Shown: in pieces, positions 20,583-33,210 of the stretch
Layout of the letters: every line of letters starts with the position of its first letter
How positions within the stretch are numbered: position 1 is the stretch's first letter
Source: Centroscyllium fabricii
Lineage: Eukaryota
Assembly (NCBI GenBank): GCA_051313645.2
Contig: JBNRSN020000027.1
Location: forward strand, 54,932,001 to 54,979,397
Length of the DNA stretch: 47,397 nt
Direction: 5' to 3'
Position numbers and translations under genes: made by a program
The notes under the pieces: model-generated
The model's input: only the letters and a program-made list of their open reading frames with translations
What the model was told of the DNA's origin: nothing
Database searches by the model: none

Positions 20583-21587
20583 TTGGTGGTAATGATCAGA
20601 AAGGCCAGTGGAATCTAGGCTTTTATTGCAAGGGGGATGGAGTATAAAAGCAGGGAAGTCTTGCTGCAGTGATACAGGGTACTGGTGAGGCCACACCTGG
20701 AATACTGCGAACAGTTTTGGTTTCCATATTTAAGAAAAGATAAACACAGAAACACAGAAGATAGGAGCAGGAGTAGGTCATTTGGCCCTTCGAGCCTGCT
20801 CTGCCATTTTGATGAGATCATGACTCATCATTCAAACCCAGCACCCCCCTCCTACCCTCTCCCCATATCCCCCGACACCCCCAACTCTAAGAACTATATC
20901 TCACACACATACTCATGGGCAATTTTTAGTATCTCCAATTCACCTAACCTGCATGTCTTTGGGTGGTGGGAGGAAACCGGAGTACCCGGAGGAAACCCAC
21001 ATGAACACGGGGAGAACATGCAAACTCCACGCAGAGAGGTCAAGGGCCAAGCCGGATTCGAACCCAGGAGTAGGCCATACGGCCCCTCTCGAGGCAGTTC
21101 AGAGAATGTTCACTCGGTTGATTCCGGAGATGAGGGGGTTGACTTATGAGGAGAAGTTGAGTAGGCTGGGCCTCTACTCATTGGAATTCAGAAGAATGAG
21201 AGGCGATCTTATCGAATCATATAAGATTGTGAGGGGGCTTGATCGGGTGGATGCGGTGAGGATGTTTCCACTGATGGGTGAGACTAGAACTAGGGGGCAT
21301 AATCTGAGAATAAGGGGCTGCCCTTTCAAAACTGAGATGAGGAGAAACTGCTTCACTCAGAGGGTGGTGAACCTATGGAATTTGCTACCTCAGAGAGCTG
21401 TGGAAGCTGCAACATTAAATAAATTTAAAACAGAGATGGACAGTTTCCTAGCTGACAAGGGAATAAGGGGAGCGGGCAGGGAAGTGGACGTGAGTCCAAG
21501 TTCGGATCAGCCATGATCCTATTGAATGGCGGAGCAGGCCCGAGGGGCCGTGTGGATGACTCCTGCTCCTACTTCTTATGTTCTTAT
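20583..21587 (+). mobile_element. CR1 RT/3' fragment interrupted by a - strand subfamily-2 SINE (20743-21069)
   Basis: RPHLEYCEQFW..LRKD | LEAVQRMFTRLIP..NLWNLLPQ, then a tail. Confidence 0.88.
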
Positions 21588-21751
21588 GTCCCAAAATGCT
21601 TCGCACCCAATGAAGTACTTTTGAAGTGTAGTCACTGTTATAATGGAGGAAATGCTCAGCACATTTGTATTGCATTATTATTCCAACTTCATCTGCTATT
21701 TTAGCAGAGGCAGCGTAACCTCATTTTAATAATCATTGTTACTCATTGGTA

Positions 21752-22438
21752 CAGGTTGTGCACCGTTAATCTGTTACCCGATAAGCCAGCAGCTTCAGTC
21801 TTCCGGAACAGATTGCCCTGACTGCTCTGAACATGCGCAAAATGGCCGCCGCGATTGATGCATCATGAATGATCTGCGCATGTGCCGCCGAACAGCGAGC
21901 GCATGCGCACATCATTCACAATGGCCGCCGCGAAGTTTTTAATGATCTGCGCATGCGCTGCCGTACGATCACGAGCCGGGCCTTCCCGAGCCTCACCTTA
22001 CCGAGCCGGGCCAGGGCTTCCTGAGCCGGGCCTTCCTGAGCAGGGCCTTGCCTCGCCTTACTGAGCCTCCCCGAGCTGGGCCTCACCTTGCCTTGCCTTA
22101 CTGAGCCTTCCCGAGCCGGGCCTCACCTCGCCTTGCCTTCCCGAGCCGGGACTCGCCTCGCCTCGCCTTGCCTTGCCGAGCCGGGCCGGGGCTTGCCGGG
22201 CCTCGCCTCTCCTTGCCGAGCCTTCCCGAGCCAGGCCGGGCCTTACCGAGCCTCCCCGAGCCGGGCCTTACCGAAAGATAAGCGCATGCGCAAACCACTC
22301 AAAATGGCCACTGGCCTTTTCGCGGCGGCGATTTTGAATGGTCTGCGCATGCGCTCGCCGAAGCTTCAATAGTTCGGGATTTTCACTTTCCCGGCATGGG
22401 CCTGGTCCGACCGTGCCAGAGTAACGGTGCTCAACCTG
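21752..22438. mobile_element. Tigger/pogo-like MITE, family B, with expanded internal (GCCTT/CCGAG) repeats
   Basis: TA|CAGGTTGTGCACCGTTA...TAACGGTGCTCAACCTG|TA. Confidence 0.9.
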
Positions 22439-22461
22439 TACTGCTATATTCTCACAGTATC

Positions 22462-23030
22462 GTCCGTGGCTCAGTGGGCAGCACTCTCGCCTCTCAGTCT
22501 GAAGGTTGTGGGTTCAAGTCCCACTCCAGGCACTTGAGTGCAAAATCTCGACTGACACACCAGTGCAGTATTGAGGGAGCACTGCACTGTCGGAGGTGCC
22601 GTCTTGCGGATGAGATGTTAAACTGAGGCCCTGTCTGCGCTCTCTCAGGTGGCCGTTAAAGATCCCACGGCACTATTTCGAAGAAGAGCGTTGTCCCCGG
22701 TGTCCTGGGCCAATTCTTTGGACACGGCACAGAAGGAATCTCTTCCATCCTTGGTGTATGCTAAAAGATGTGTTTCCTCCTCTTCAATTTCCCATATCAC
22801 TACACAGTCTGTCCTCGGGATAAAGATCCACAACGGGATGGGGCCAACATGGACATCACCAAAACAGATTCTCTGGTTATTACCATGTTGCTGTGTGTGG
22901 GAGCTTGCTGTGCGTAAATTGGCTGCCGCATTTCCTACATTACAACTGTGTCTGTACGTCAAAAAAAAAAGTACTTCATTGGCTGTAAAGCACTTTGGGA
23001 CATCCTGAGATTGTGAAAGGCGCGCTATAA
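22462..23030 (+). mobile_element. SacSINE1-like Deu-SINE
   Basis: tRNA-like head (TGGCTCAGTGG, GGTTCAAGTCC), Deu-domain-like GTTAAAGATCCCACGGCACTATTTCGAAGAAGAG..GTCCTGG, tail TGTAAAGCACTTTGGGACATCCTGAG..GCGCTATAAA. Confidence 0.82.
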
Positions 23031-23034
23031 AGAA

Positions 23035-23398
23035 CGACACGGTGGCGCAGTGGTTAGCGCTGCTGCCTCGCAATAAGGAGCTCCTGGGTTCGAATCCTGC
23101 TTGGCCTGGGACCTCTCTGCGTGGAATTTGCATGTTCTCCCCGTGTTCGTGTGGGTTTCCTCCGGGTACTCCGGTTTCCTCCCACCACCAAAGACATGCA
23201 GGTTAGGTGAATTGGAGATACTAAAAAAAAAAATTGCCCATGAGTATGTGTGTGAGATATAATTCTTAGAGTTGGGGGTGTCGGGGGAGAGGGTAGGAGG
23301 AGGTTGCTGGGTTTGGATGATCAGCCATGATCTCATCAAAATGGCTGAGCAGGCTCGAAGTGCCAAATGGCCTACTCCTTCTCCTATCTTCTGTGTTA
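23035..23398 (+). mobile_element. HE1-related V-SINE, second subfamily
   Basis: Near-copy of 9787-10157. Confidence 0.9.
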
Positions 23399-23833
23399 TA
23401 ATGGCAGGTCTTTCTTCCTCTCACTTTTGTTCAGCTGGGTGTTTAAGTGTAACTGCGGCCACAGTTAATATTGAGTTGTGGGAAATCGACAAATTTCCAC
23501 GAAGAAATGAGGTCCACACAGGAGCACAATCAAAACCGGTCTTTACTCGAAGATACAGTAGCAGGGACTGCCTGGGCAGCCCCGTGGCTGACGTCATCAC
23601 GTTTACCCGCACTCTTAAAGGGGCCACGGCCCGTATGTACAAACATTATATACACCGTACAGTGATGCCTAACACCATGGTCGAAGAGCAGGCTGGTGTT
23701 AGGACTTCGTTACATGCAGTTAGTCAGTGGTCCCGCCACAGAGTAGCTGTTTGGGAGTTATAGAAATTGCCGGTGATTTTTACATAAAATGACATTAGGT
23801 GAATGGAATTTAATGTATGTTGTTTCCTTCCAG

Positions 23834-23918
23834 AAGTTGGCCAGGGTACAACTGCATTCTGCTCCTCCGCTGACCAAATCCATGTCGCTGCAAGCCATCA
23901 GCCCACCGAACACAGACA
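23834..23918 (+). CDS. AKAP13: AKAP13-like coding exon (85 nt, phase 0-1): KLARVQLHSAPPLTKSMSLQAISPPNTD
   Basis: tttccttccag|AAG ... GAC A|gtgagt. Resembles human PLTKSISLMTISHPGLD (recalled). Phase is compatible with both neighbours. Confidence 0.9.
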
Positions 23919-24509
23919 GTGAGTACTGAGTGCAGTGTTCAGCATACTATTAGCCGAATAAAAATGACTAATTCAAGTGGTGCATGTGTTGGGAGCGACC
24001 AAGAGTGGAAATGCTGAAAGTCTTGCGCTAATTTTTTTTTAAAGTGCATGTGTTTTCTTTTTGCCACTTTTGCTTTTCCCCAGTTTTTCTCCTCTCCTTG
24101 AAGGCATTGACTCCTTACTGTAGCACAGCTCCAGGGGTGCTGCTCGCCCTGCAGGACCATACCCAAGTGGCCATTGTTCATGGGTGGACCTTGACCGTTA
24201 GCAGCAACAAGCAATTTAATCGTAAAGGGCACCTTGGAAAAAGCCCCGCGTTGTCACCCTCCAGTGTCCACATATACCGACGCCAAGCAATGGAAAATGT
24301 GCCCCTCCTTACCACCGGGTTTGAGGCGGGGGGGTGCTGTTGGTGCGATTGGCTCGACCACTGTCCCAGCTAACTTACCACAGACTGGGAATCAAACCTG
24401 GCAACGCCCACTGCTGAAGCAATGATCCCATTGCTGTTTGTGGGATCTTGCTCTTCACAGACTAGCTGCCATTTTTGCCTGCATAACAATAGTGACCATA
24501 CTTAAAATG

Positions 24510-25015
24510 TATGCCTCTTGCATTGTTCCACGGAAGCTCAGTGTAAACTCGAGGAACCGCACCTCATCTTTCGCTTTGGCACTCTACAGCCCTCTGGACT
24601 AAACATAGAATTCAACAATTTCAGATCATAACCTCGGCCCCTACCACATATTTATATATATACACCTGTATATATTTTCTCCTTTTTGTTAATCCACACT
24701 TTTGTCTGGGCTTTTTTCTTTTTTCTTCTCTCTGCCAGAGCTGTTCACACTTCATCCAGAGCCATCCTGTGTTTCTTAAATATCTCTTAATGTCTCTCAA
24801 TCTCTCCTGTCGCTGATCTTCCCTTTTGTTCTTTCAGCCCCTCCCCCTTTCCCCAGCCCCTCCCTCTTTCCCCAGCCCCCACAAGCTTTAAAATCTATTC
24901 CCCTCTCCCGTTTTTTCCAGTTCTGAAGGAAGGTCATCGACCTGAAACGTTAACTCTGTTTCTCTCTCCACCGATGCTGCCTGGCCTGCTGAGTTTTTCC
25001 GGCGTTTTCTGTTGT
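24510..25015 (+). mobile_element. Penelope-like element 3' fragment (end of GIY-YIG ORF + terminal repeat)
   Basis: KLEEPHLIFRFGTLQPSGLNIEFNNFRS* at ~24545-24630, then CTGAAGGAAGGTCATCGACCTGAAACGTTAAC at ~24923. Confidence 0.75.
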
Positions 25016-25435
25016 TAGAAACATAGAAAATAGGTGCAGGAGTAGACCATTCGGTCTTTCGAGCCTGCACCGCCATTTAACGCGTTCATGGCTGAACATG
25101 CTACCTCAGTACCCCATTTCTGCTTTCTCGCCATACCCCTTGATCCCCCTAGTTGTGAGTATTATATCTAACTCCCTTTTGAATATATTTAGCGAACTGG
25201 CCTCAACAACCTTCTGTGGCAGAGAATTCCACAGATTCACCACTCTCTGGGTGAAGAAGTTCCTCCTCATCTCAGTCTTAAATGGCCTCCCCTTTATCCT
25301 TAGACTGTGACCCCTGGTTCTAGGCTTCCCTAACATTGGAAACATTCTGCCCGCATCTAACTTGTCTAAACCAGTCAGGATTTTAAACGTCTCTGTAAGA
25401 TCCCCCCTCATTCTTCTGAACTCCAGAGGATACAA
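25016..25435 (-). mobile_element. CR1 3' fragment
   Basis: LEFRRMRGDL..NLWNSLPQ..KGYGEKA, then a tail. Confidence 0.9.
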
Positions 25436-25545
25436 GTTCTTAAAAAGTAATTGGTTGGCTGGGAAGCACGCTGGGGCCTCCTGAGGATGGGAAAGGTGCT
25501 ATATAAATGTGTGGTTTACTTCTGCCCCTTTGCCCTCCTGTTCAG

Positions 25546-25930
25546 GGCGGCACGGTGGCACAGTGGTTAGCACTGTTGTCTCACAGCACTGGAGACCCGG
25601 GTTCAAATCCGGCCTCGGATACTATCTGTGTGGAGTTTGCACATTCCCCCCGTGTCTGCGTGGGTTTCCTCCGGGTGCTCCGGTTTCCCCCCACAGTCCA
25701 AAGATGTGCGGGTTAGGTTGATTGGCCAGGATAAATTGACCCTTAGTGTTAGGGGGATTGAATATGTGGGGTTACGGGGACAGGGTGGGATATGTGTCGA
25801 TGCAGGCTCGATAGGGATATGGGGAGAGGGCAGGGGCGGGGTGCTGGGTTTGGATGATCAGCCATGATCTCATTCAATGGCGGAGCAGGCTCGAAGGGCC
25901 GAATGGCCTACTCCTGCTCCTAGTTTCTAT
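25546..25930 (+). mobile_element. HE1-type V-SINE, full length
   Basis: A/B boxes, V-domain, CR1 tail. Confidence 0.92.
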
Positions 25931-26684
25931 ATTTCACTTCCTTTCCTTTGAGCTGGTCTTTTATCTCATTGCTCTTTGTGTGATTTTTTTTTTTGCCGTT
26001 GTATGTGGTAAATGCTGCTCCATCCAGCCATATAACAGCAGCCTCTGCACTTCACCAATAATGGCCCGAAGCAAAGGCGTTCGCCAGCGTCGGAGCAGTG
26101 AATGACCGACCGCAACTTCAGGATTCCCCGTGTTGGGCGGCTCGTGCGCTAATCCCTGAAGTTGCCGTCCGTTTCAAAGGCAAAATGACGGCGGAGGCTG
26201 CCAGTTCGCCGTCACCAGGACCGCAAATTCGGGGCCACTGAATGCAAAGTGACCTGAGACATGTTGTGAGACATTGTAAGGTGCTAAATAAATGGAAGTC
26301 ATTCTTATATTAGTTAGAACAAGAGGAAATCTAAAATAAAAGGGACATTAACGGTAGAACAGAGCAGGAAGATTCAAGTGCTCAAATTTTATTTCGATTT
26401 AAAATTGTTTGCGTTCTCTTTGGGCTGATGTTCTGGTCCTGAAGTGGATTTATGATACTATTTTCAACATCACGAGGAAGTGGGGGTTTCCATGAATGGG
26501 CGGAGAGTTGAAAGATTCATGCAGCCTATGTTTCATAGATTCATAGAAGTTTACGGCACAGATGGAGGCCATTTAGTCCATCATGTCCGCACCGGCAGAA
26601 AATGTGCAATCCCACCTAATCCCACTTTCCAGCTCTTGGTCTGTAGCCCAGTAGGTTATGGCACTTCAAGAGCATAACTAAGTA

Positions 26685-27073
26685 CAGGAAACTCTTTTTT
26701 TTATCCGGCACCGACGGGACTGGCATGGTGCCAGTTTATCAAAAAGTCCGAAGTACAGAGAGGTATAGTTAAAAGGTACAAGAGCCCCCATACACAGCAA
26801 TAAATCCAGGCTTCCCTGTTGCTTAGCAACAGGTACAAGAACCATGGCTACAAATCCAGGCTTCCCTGTTGCTTAGCAACAGGTGCAAGAACCACGGTCA
26901 CAAATTCAGGCTTCTCTGTTGCTTAGCAACAGGTGCAGGAATCCCGGTTACACAACCACACATGCAGGAACGGCCACTAATATGAAGTAAAACTTACCTG
27001 AACCTACTCCTGAATTTTGCCGGTTAACCGGGATTTCCTGTTATTTAGGTGCCGGTAAATCGAGAGTTTCCTG
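26685..27073. mobile_element. Tigger-like MITE with three 50-bp internal repeats
   Basis: TA|CAGGAAACTCT...AGAGTTTCCTG|TA. Repeat units start at 26802, 26852 and 26902. Confidence 0.82.
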
Positions 27074-27856
27074 TACAACTTAATTTAAGTTTTGATTTTT
27101 ATTATTTAATTTAACTACAAGGCCAATCTAACGAAAGACCTTAAAGCTGAGCTTTCTGTAAGTGTAGGAGTCCCAGGCAGTGAGGGGTGGCAGGCTGCTT
27201 GACTGATGCATCAAAACCAGGCCCAATCCTGTCTTCATCATACATCTGCACACATGTCGTTTCCCTAGCCTAGGTGCACCGAAGCCAATGAATTTGTCTT
27301 GAACTGGTCCGACTTATTTACTTCAAAGATTTTAAATAAAATTAGTATGAGAGCAAATGGCAATCATTGATCCGTATGGAATTGTTACTCACAACGTCAA
27401 TACGAAAGATTGCCAAGGGAAATAAAAGGTGTTTTGCTAGGTCTGTACAATTTCTACAGAGTTCATTCATTCCAAGGACTCCCTGAAGTTGGTGGTGAGA
27501 ACATTAAATTGCGTAGAAGTCGCTGAAAGTCCATGCAATGCACTTTTATGCAAATCATTGGTTCCTCTCAACTCATGGACTCCACGGGAAAGTGCGCTCC
27601 ACACAACCATTATTATTGAAGGCCATGAAACAACTGGTAATCCCTCCAAGCCAATGTATAACCCCAACAGGTCCTGCTACACAGCCTTGTATAAAACACG
27701 AAGAATTTGCACAGCCTAATGCATTCCTACATTAGGATTCACGTTGAGACAAAAAAAAACAAATTGTTCACTTTTTTGTTAGGCAAATGTGGAAATCCTA
27801 TGGGAAATCTAGTTCTGCAACAGAAGAAATGTAAAGTTGTTGGGTGGGGGGTGGGG

Positions 27857-28488
27857 GGGGGGAGAAATTCGGTTGCTTTGTGCCTCCCGTTAGCGCCCCG
27901 AGGAGCGCAAAGTACCTCGCACAAAATTCAGTAGGAGGTTACCGGCGGTGGTAGCCGATAGCGCCCCGCAGCGCTGCGCCTCCGGGGCTGACTCCATCGC
28001 GGTGTGCAACACCCCGTTCGCGCCTGGCCACAAACTTGGCTCGCGGCCCCTGACCTACCATCGGATGCTGTGTCCAACAGGGTCAGGGGGGCGTTTTTGC
28101 GGCCGGGGCAGCAATAATTAAAGGGCAGGTGCCAGGCGGCCATTTTTGTGGGCCACCTGCCAGCACCGGTCCCCTCTGGCCTCCTGCTGCCGAGTGCCGG
28201 CCGCGATCTGTCAGCCTGGCACTCCTCTCGAGTGCTGGGCTCTTTTGCCGGCACCCTGCTCCCCGGTGGTCCGGCAGGGTCCCGGTGTGCGCTGTGCTGT
28301 AGCCCGTCCCATTTAATCAGGGGAGGGAGGCCGGCAGTACCGCGGCGCTGCGTGCCGACGGGCGTGGCGCTGCTGCACGTAGCGCCGTGATATTTAATGG
28401 GAGCGCGCCAAGAGGGAGGGGCAGCGCTTCCAGTAGCGCCCCGGAGAAGTTAGCGCCCCAAAGCAGGCGCGACCCAATTTGTTCCCCC
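27857..28488. mobile_element. GC-rich Harbinger-like MITE
   Basis: Ends GGGGGAGAAATTCGGT / ACCCAATTTGTTCCCC, with internal GTTAGCGCCC motifs. Confidence 0.65.
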
Positions 28489-28506
28489 GTGCCTCAAAAT
28501 TTTAAT

Positions 28507-28887
28507 ATGAAACATAGAAACTAGGAGCAGGAGTAGGCCATTCGGCCCTTCGAGCCTGCTCCGCCATTCAATGAGATCATGGCTGATCATCCAAACCCAG
28601 CACCCTGCCCCTGCCCTCTCCCTATCGAGCCTGCACAGACACATATCCCACCCTATCCCCGTAACCCCACATATTCAACCCCCTGACACATTAGGGTCAA
28701 TTTATCATGGCCAATCAACCTAACCCGCACATCTTTGGACTGTGGGAGGAAACCGGAGCACCCGGAGGAAACCCACGCAGACACGGGGAGAATGTGCAAA
28801 CTCCACACAGATAGTACCCGAGGCTGGATTTGAACCCGGGTCTCCAGTGCTGTGAGAAAACAATGCTAACCACTGTGCCACCATGCC
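28507..28887 (-). mobile_element. HE1-type V-SINE, full length
   Basis: A/B boxes, V-domain, tail. Confidence 0.92.
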
Positions 28888-28952
28888 GAAGTTACTAAGG
28901 GGAGCACAACACAGGTCACGAATCCATGATCCATGAGTGTGTTTTTTGTGTT

Positions 28953-29071
28953 CAGGTTGAGTGTCAAAATGAGTTCGGGAATCTGGACTCCGGGGCGATT
29001 GGTGGCAGGGTCATCCGGAATCTGTAAAATGCTCTAGAATCCAGAACTCCGGATTTTGGACGCTTAACCTG
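28953..29071. mobile_element. Short Tigger4-like MITE
   Basis: CAGGTTGAGTGTCAAAAT...ATTTTGGACGCTTAACCTG|TA. Confidence 0.65.
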
Positions 29072-29179
29072 TACTTCAAAAAGCCATTAGCTTTTTTTTT
29101 TTTTTAAATCCTATGAAAATGTGAGTGCTGCAATGAAACTTTAGTGTTGTGTTTTATCCTCCTCAATCTGCACAGCTCC

Positions 29180-29454
29180 GCTGAGTGTTTCCGCCAGGCC
29201 ATCGAGTGCTCGCAGCGTCCCTCCCCTTTGACAGAAGGGGAGGGGGACGGAGAAACGCATCAGCGCTGCACGGCGCGGCCCAGGCATTTCCGGACTTGGA
29301 ACGTGTTTCTGACGTCCGAAGGCCCAAAACGCCCGAGCGCAGGTTGCGATATTTCCGGACTTCGGACATCAGAAACACGTTCCGAAGTCCGGAAAAACAC
29401 ACAAACCGGCTCGGCCTCGGTCCCGAGGTTGCCGGATTCAGGACGCTCAACCTG
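29180..29454. mobile_element. Partial Tigger-like MITE with internal inverted repeat
   Basis: Right end GGACGCTCAACCTG. Inverted arms at 29287-29320 and 29361-29395. Confidence 0.55.
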
Positions 29455-30747
29455 CACTGCTATTTTGAATTGCATGTCTTTTTTACTTCCGGCAAAGCTG
29501 CATTTATTTATATATATTTGTCAGTCTCTTGCTAAACCAGGAAGTAGCTTCCCTTCCCTCAACGCCTGACAACTTGGAAGCGTCGGGGAAGGAAATGTGC
29601 CACCCATCTCACCGTCCACAGTCTGTCCTACACCCAACTCCAGTTTCACATGGTGTGGTTGGCTTATAATACCCCTCTGAAAGACATGAGTGAACTAGTT
29701 GGGTTTTTCCAACATGATAGTTTTCAAGGTCATGAATCAGCCCACAAATTAACCGATTTATTGAATTGAATTGAACCATTTGGCATGGTGAGATTTGAAC
29801 ACTCAACCTCCAGATTTCGATTTCAGTGCCGTAATCACTACACGACCATATTCTACTAGATCTGACCTTCCCCTTTAAGGCAATAACGCTATCCCAATCT
29901 TCTGCTTTTTCTTTAAATTGCTCTTGCGGGGACTGACGTTTCTGAGTACAATATTCTCTTTCAGTTTACAGAGCAAAGCATAACTGGTCTATTTTGCCAA
30001 GTTTCTCCTCTCTCCGCGGAGGCTTGCTGTGGTGCGGTTCCCTCGAATTGCCAGCCCTCCTGTAGATCACCCGGCTGGCCATTCTCGATGGGGAAGTGAC
30101 TCAAACATCGGGGGTGCGGGGGTGGAGGGGGGGCAGCGAGCAAACCAAGCCCAGTCTGGTGATTGCTCAACAGCTATCTGTGCACTTTCTAGCAGGGGTC
30201 GTCCAGCTTGGCATCTTTTACCTTGCTCGTCTTTCTAGCCCAGGTCCGCTGGGGCCAGTTGATGTCCTGGCTGAGATCTGCGGACTCAGCACACAGCAGG
30301 AATCAAAACCTGGGACCTGTGCGGCTGACTACATCACTCGGTGTATGTACCCACAGAGCCAGCGAGAGGGTCACTTCCTCCGAGTTAGTAAGAATTGTAG
30401 TTTAGATGGTTTATATCATTGGGCAAACCTAATTTGACAATCATGTCATCACTGTGCTAGACTATGGACATTGTTAGTTCCCAGTAGTCTGCTTAACAAG
30501 AAACATTCAAGTTCAGTTCCTGTTAGCACCTAGTATTCTTAGTTGCACATCTGTCAGCCCACGTCCTGTCGGAGGGGCCACTTCAGAGAAAACCATTTCA
30601 AATGGTTAAAGTATGTTGACGTTTCTTTTTTTTTCAAAACCGGCAGACTTTCTTTCTGTAAATATTTGGCTCCTAAATAATTTATTGCAGCCATACAGAC
30701 TGTTGCGGTCTTGGGTTCAGTTGTTGGTTTGTGCTGCGTTAGCTCAT

Positions 30748-31130
30748 TCAATTCAACTCAATTTATTGTCATTGTAAAGTGAACATACACAATACAACGA
30801 AATGCAAACATGCAATCTCCCCAGATATTAAAATGTCCTCTAGTCCCAGACTGATCTCTTCCATCCCACCAGGACGACCCGGCACTCCGGACACGACGGC
30901 CTCGATGGTCCCGGCACTCAGGCCACGCAGGTCCCGGCACTCAGGCCACGCAGGTCCCGTCACTCAGGCCACGCAGGTCCCGGCACTCAGGCCCCTGCGG
31001 CCTCGATGATTCCCAGCGCCCGACGGCCTCGATGATTCCCGACGGTCTCAGTGCTCCCGGCGCCCGACGGCCTCAGTGCTCCCGGCGCCCGACGGTCTCA
31101 GTGCGCCCGACGGCCTCGGTGCTCGGGGTG
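30748..31130 (-). mobile_element. Non-autonomous retroposon with Rex1-like tail (partial)
   Basis: Reverse complement of the 32150-32278 tail (ACAATGACAATAAATTGA), with GC-rich internal tandem repeats. Confidence 0.7.
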
Positions 31131-31302
31131 TTGGTGGGGGAGGGAGGGTGAGGGCACAATGGAGAGCCAGCAAAAACGTTAATGCCTTTAATCTCCCAAG
31201 GTGCTTTACAGAGGAGGGGTAAAAAGAAACATTTTAATTTTAAATGGGCAGCATGGCGTGATGCGAGAGTTGGGGAAGGCGGCCTGAAAGCTGGGTCTAA
31301 TA

Positions 31303-31721
31303 CAGGTCGAGCACCATTGATCGGGACACCGTTAATCCGGCAACTTCAGTCGTCCAGAACGAATCCGGCCGACTGGTGTGTGCATGCACAAAATGGCCGC
31401 CGCGCTTGGCTGCGCATGACCGGGCCTCTCCCCGACTGCCCATGTGCAAAATGGCTGCTGCGCATGCCCGAGCCTCTCCCCGACTGGTCTGCGCATGCGC
31501 AATATGGCCGCCGCACTTGGCTGCGCATGCCCGGGCCTCTCCCCGACCGATTGATGCTTCGGCGAGCGCATGCGCAGACCATTCAAAATGGCCTCTGGCG
31601 TTCGCGGTGGCCATTTTGAATGGTCTGCGCATGTGCTCGCCAAAGCTTCAATCGTTTGGATTTTTCAAAAATCCGGCACTGTCCTGGTCCCGACCGTGCC
31701 GGATTAACGGTGTCGGACCTG
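31303..31721. mobile_element. Tigger/pogo-like MITE, family B
   Basis: TA|CAGGTCGAGCACC...GGTGTCGGACCTG|TA, with GCGCATGCGC repeats. Confidence 0.87.
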
Positions 31722-31744
31722 TAAATGGATTCTGAGAAACATAG

Positions 31745-32278
31745 AAGATGGCGACAAGATGGCGGCGCGCATAGACGCAGCGGCTTTGCGTCTCCCAAGG
31801 AAATGATGTCCGCTGGTCCCCATACTGGTTTTGAGCGTGGCCAGGTGCCGGTAACATCGAGGCCGTCATGGCTGGAGCCTGCGTGGCCCGAGCATTGGGG
31901 CTGGAGCGTCGTGGCAGGGCGCTAGGAGCTTCGGGGCCTGCGTGGCCTGAGCGTCGGGGCTGGAGCGTCGGGTCCGTCGTGGCCGGAGCATCAGGGCCAG
32001 GAGCATCGGAGCCTGCGTGGCCTGTGCATCGGGGCTGGAGCGTCGGGGCCGTCGTGGCCGGGCGCTAGGAGCTTCGGGGCCTGCGTGGCCTGAGCGTCGG
32101 GGCTGGAGCGTCGGGGCCTGAGCATCGGGACCGTCGGGGGCATTATGGACCAGACTGGGACTTACAGGAGAGGACATTTTAATATCTATTGTTTCTTTGG
32201 GAGATTGCATGTTTGCATTTCATTGTATTGTGTTCGCTTTACAATGACAATAAATTGAATTGTATTGTATTGTATTGT
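31745..32278 (+). mobile_element. Non-autonomous retroposon with AAGATGGCGG 5' end and Rex1-like tail
   Basis: 5' AAGATGGCGACAAGATGGCGGCG, internal GC-rich repeats, 3' AATGACAATAAA(TTGTA)n. Confidence 0.7.
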
Positions 32279-32612
32279 AAGATAGGAGCAGGAGTAGGCC
32301 ATTTAGCCCCTCGAGCCTGCTCTGCCATTTAATGAGATCCATGGCTGATCACCCAAATTCAGTACCCTGTCCCTGCTTTCTCCCCATATCCCTTGATCCC
32401 TTTAGCCTTAAGAAATATATCTAACTCCTTCTTGAATATATTTAATGAATTGGCCTCTATGGCTTTCTGTGGTAGAGAATTCCACAGGTTCACCACTCTC
32501 TGGGTGAAGAAATTCCTCCTCATCTCAGTCCTAAATGGCTTGCCCCTTATCCTTAGACTGTGACCCCTGGTTCTGGACTTCCCCGGCCATCAGGAACATC
32601 CTTCCTGCAACT
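32279..32612 (-). mobile_element. CR1 3' fragment
   Basis: Near-identical to the 3' end of 36016-36470 and 43605-44072. Confidence 0.9.
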
Positions 32613-32861
32613 AGTCTGCCCAGTCCCGAAGATGTTGAAAGCGGGTGAATCCATCTTTCCAAAGCTGCGTTGCTAACTGTGCTGGGGCCACCAGCTCCCG
32701 GCATGCAGGCTGCGTGTGGCTGGCAGTCACACTGAAGATAAACCCGCCATCGTCACAAGGGCTTGGTCCTCCTGCCGTCGGCGCTGGCGAACCTGGTGTC
32801 GCCGACAGCTGCGTGACAACCCAGGGAACGGGCGGCACTAACTTGGCACGAGGGCGATATA

Positions 32862-33210
32862 CAGGTTGAACACCTGTAATCCGGCACTCGATGGTCCGGC
32901 ACCTTCAGTGGTCCGGCTTGAATCAAAACCGGCGCTCTTCAGTTTGCGGAGCAGCCGTTTGGTGGCGCCACCGTTTCCCGCGAAGGGTGGGCGAGCGCCG
33001 AAGGCGTCGGGCGTTTGGGTTTCTGTTTTTTTTAAGGCTTGTAAGTGTTCTATCCCCGGGCTCCCTTCCAGGGAGTGTTCTACCCGCACGCTCCAGGCCC
33101 CAGGGAGTGTTCTACCCGCGCGTTCTACCTGAACCTTCGGTGGTTCCGTATTTTCAGTGGTCCGGCACTGGCCTGCTCCCAAGGGTGCCGGATTACTGGT
33201 GCTTAACCTG
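32862..33210. mobile_element. Tigger/pogo-like MITE, family A (reverse orientation)
   Basis: TA|CAGGTTGAACACC...GGTGCTTAACCTG|TA. Confidence 0.9.

Noticed and set aside
20120-20647. 175-aa ORF as a stand-alone gene
   Set aside because: Only 20134-20329 is exon. The rest is read-through past a GT donor into intron and repeat sequence.
25546-25620. tRNA genes at A/B-box motifs
   Set aside because: Each is the head of a SINE continuing into a V- or Deu-domain and a LINE tail. No complete cloverleaf with terminator was seen.
26800-26940. CRISPR-like array (palindromic repeats with regular spacing)
   Set aside because: The spacers are copies of each other, the array is inside a TA-flanked MITE, the context is eukaryotic and there are no cas genes.
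31182-32210. Overlapping 70-145 aa ORFs on both strands
   Set aside because: They arise from stop-poor GC-rich palindromic and tandem repeats in MITEs and retroposons.
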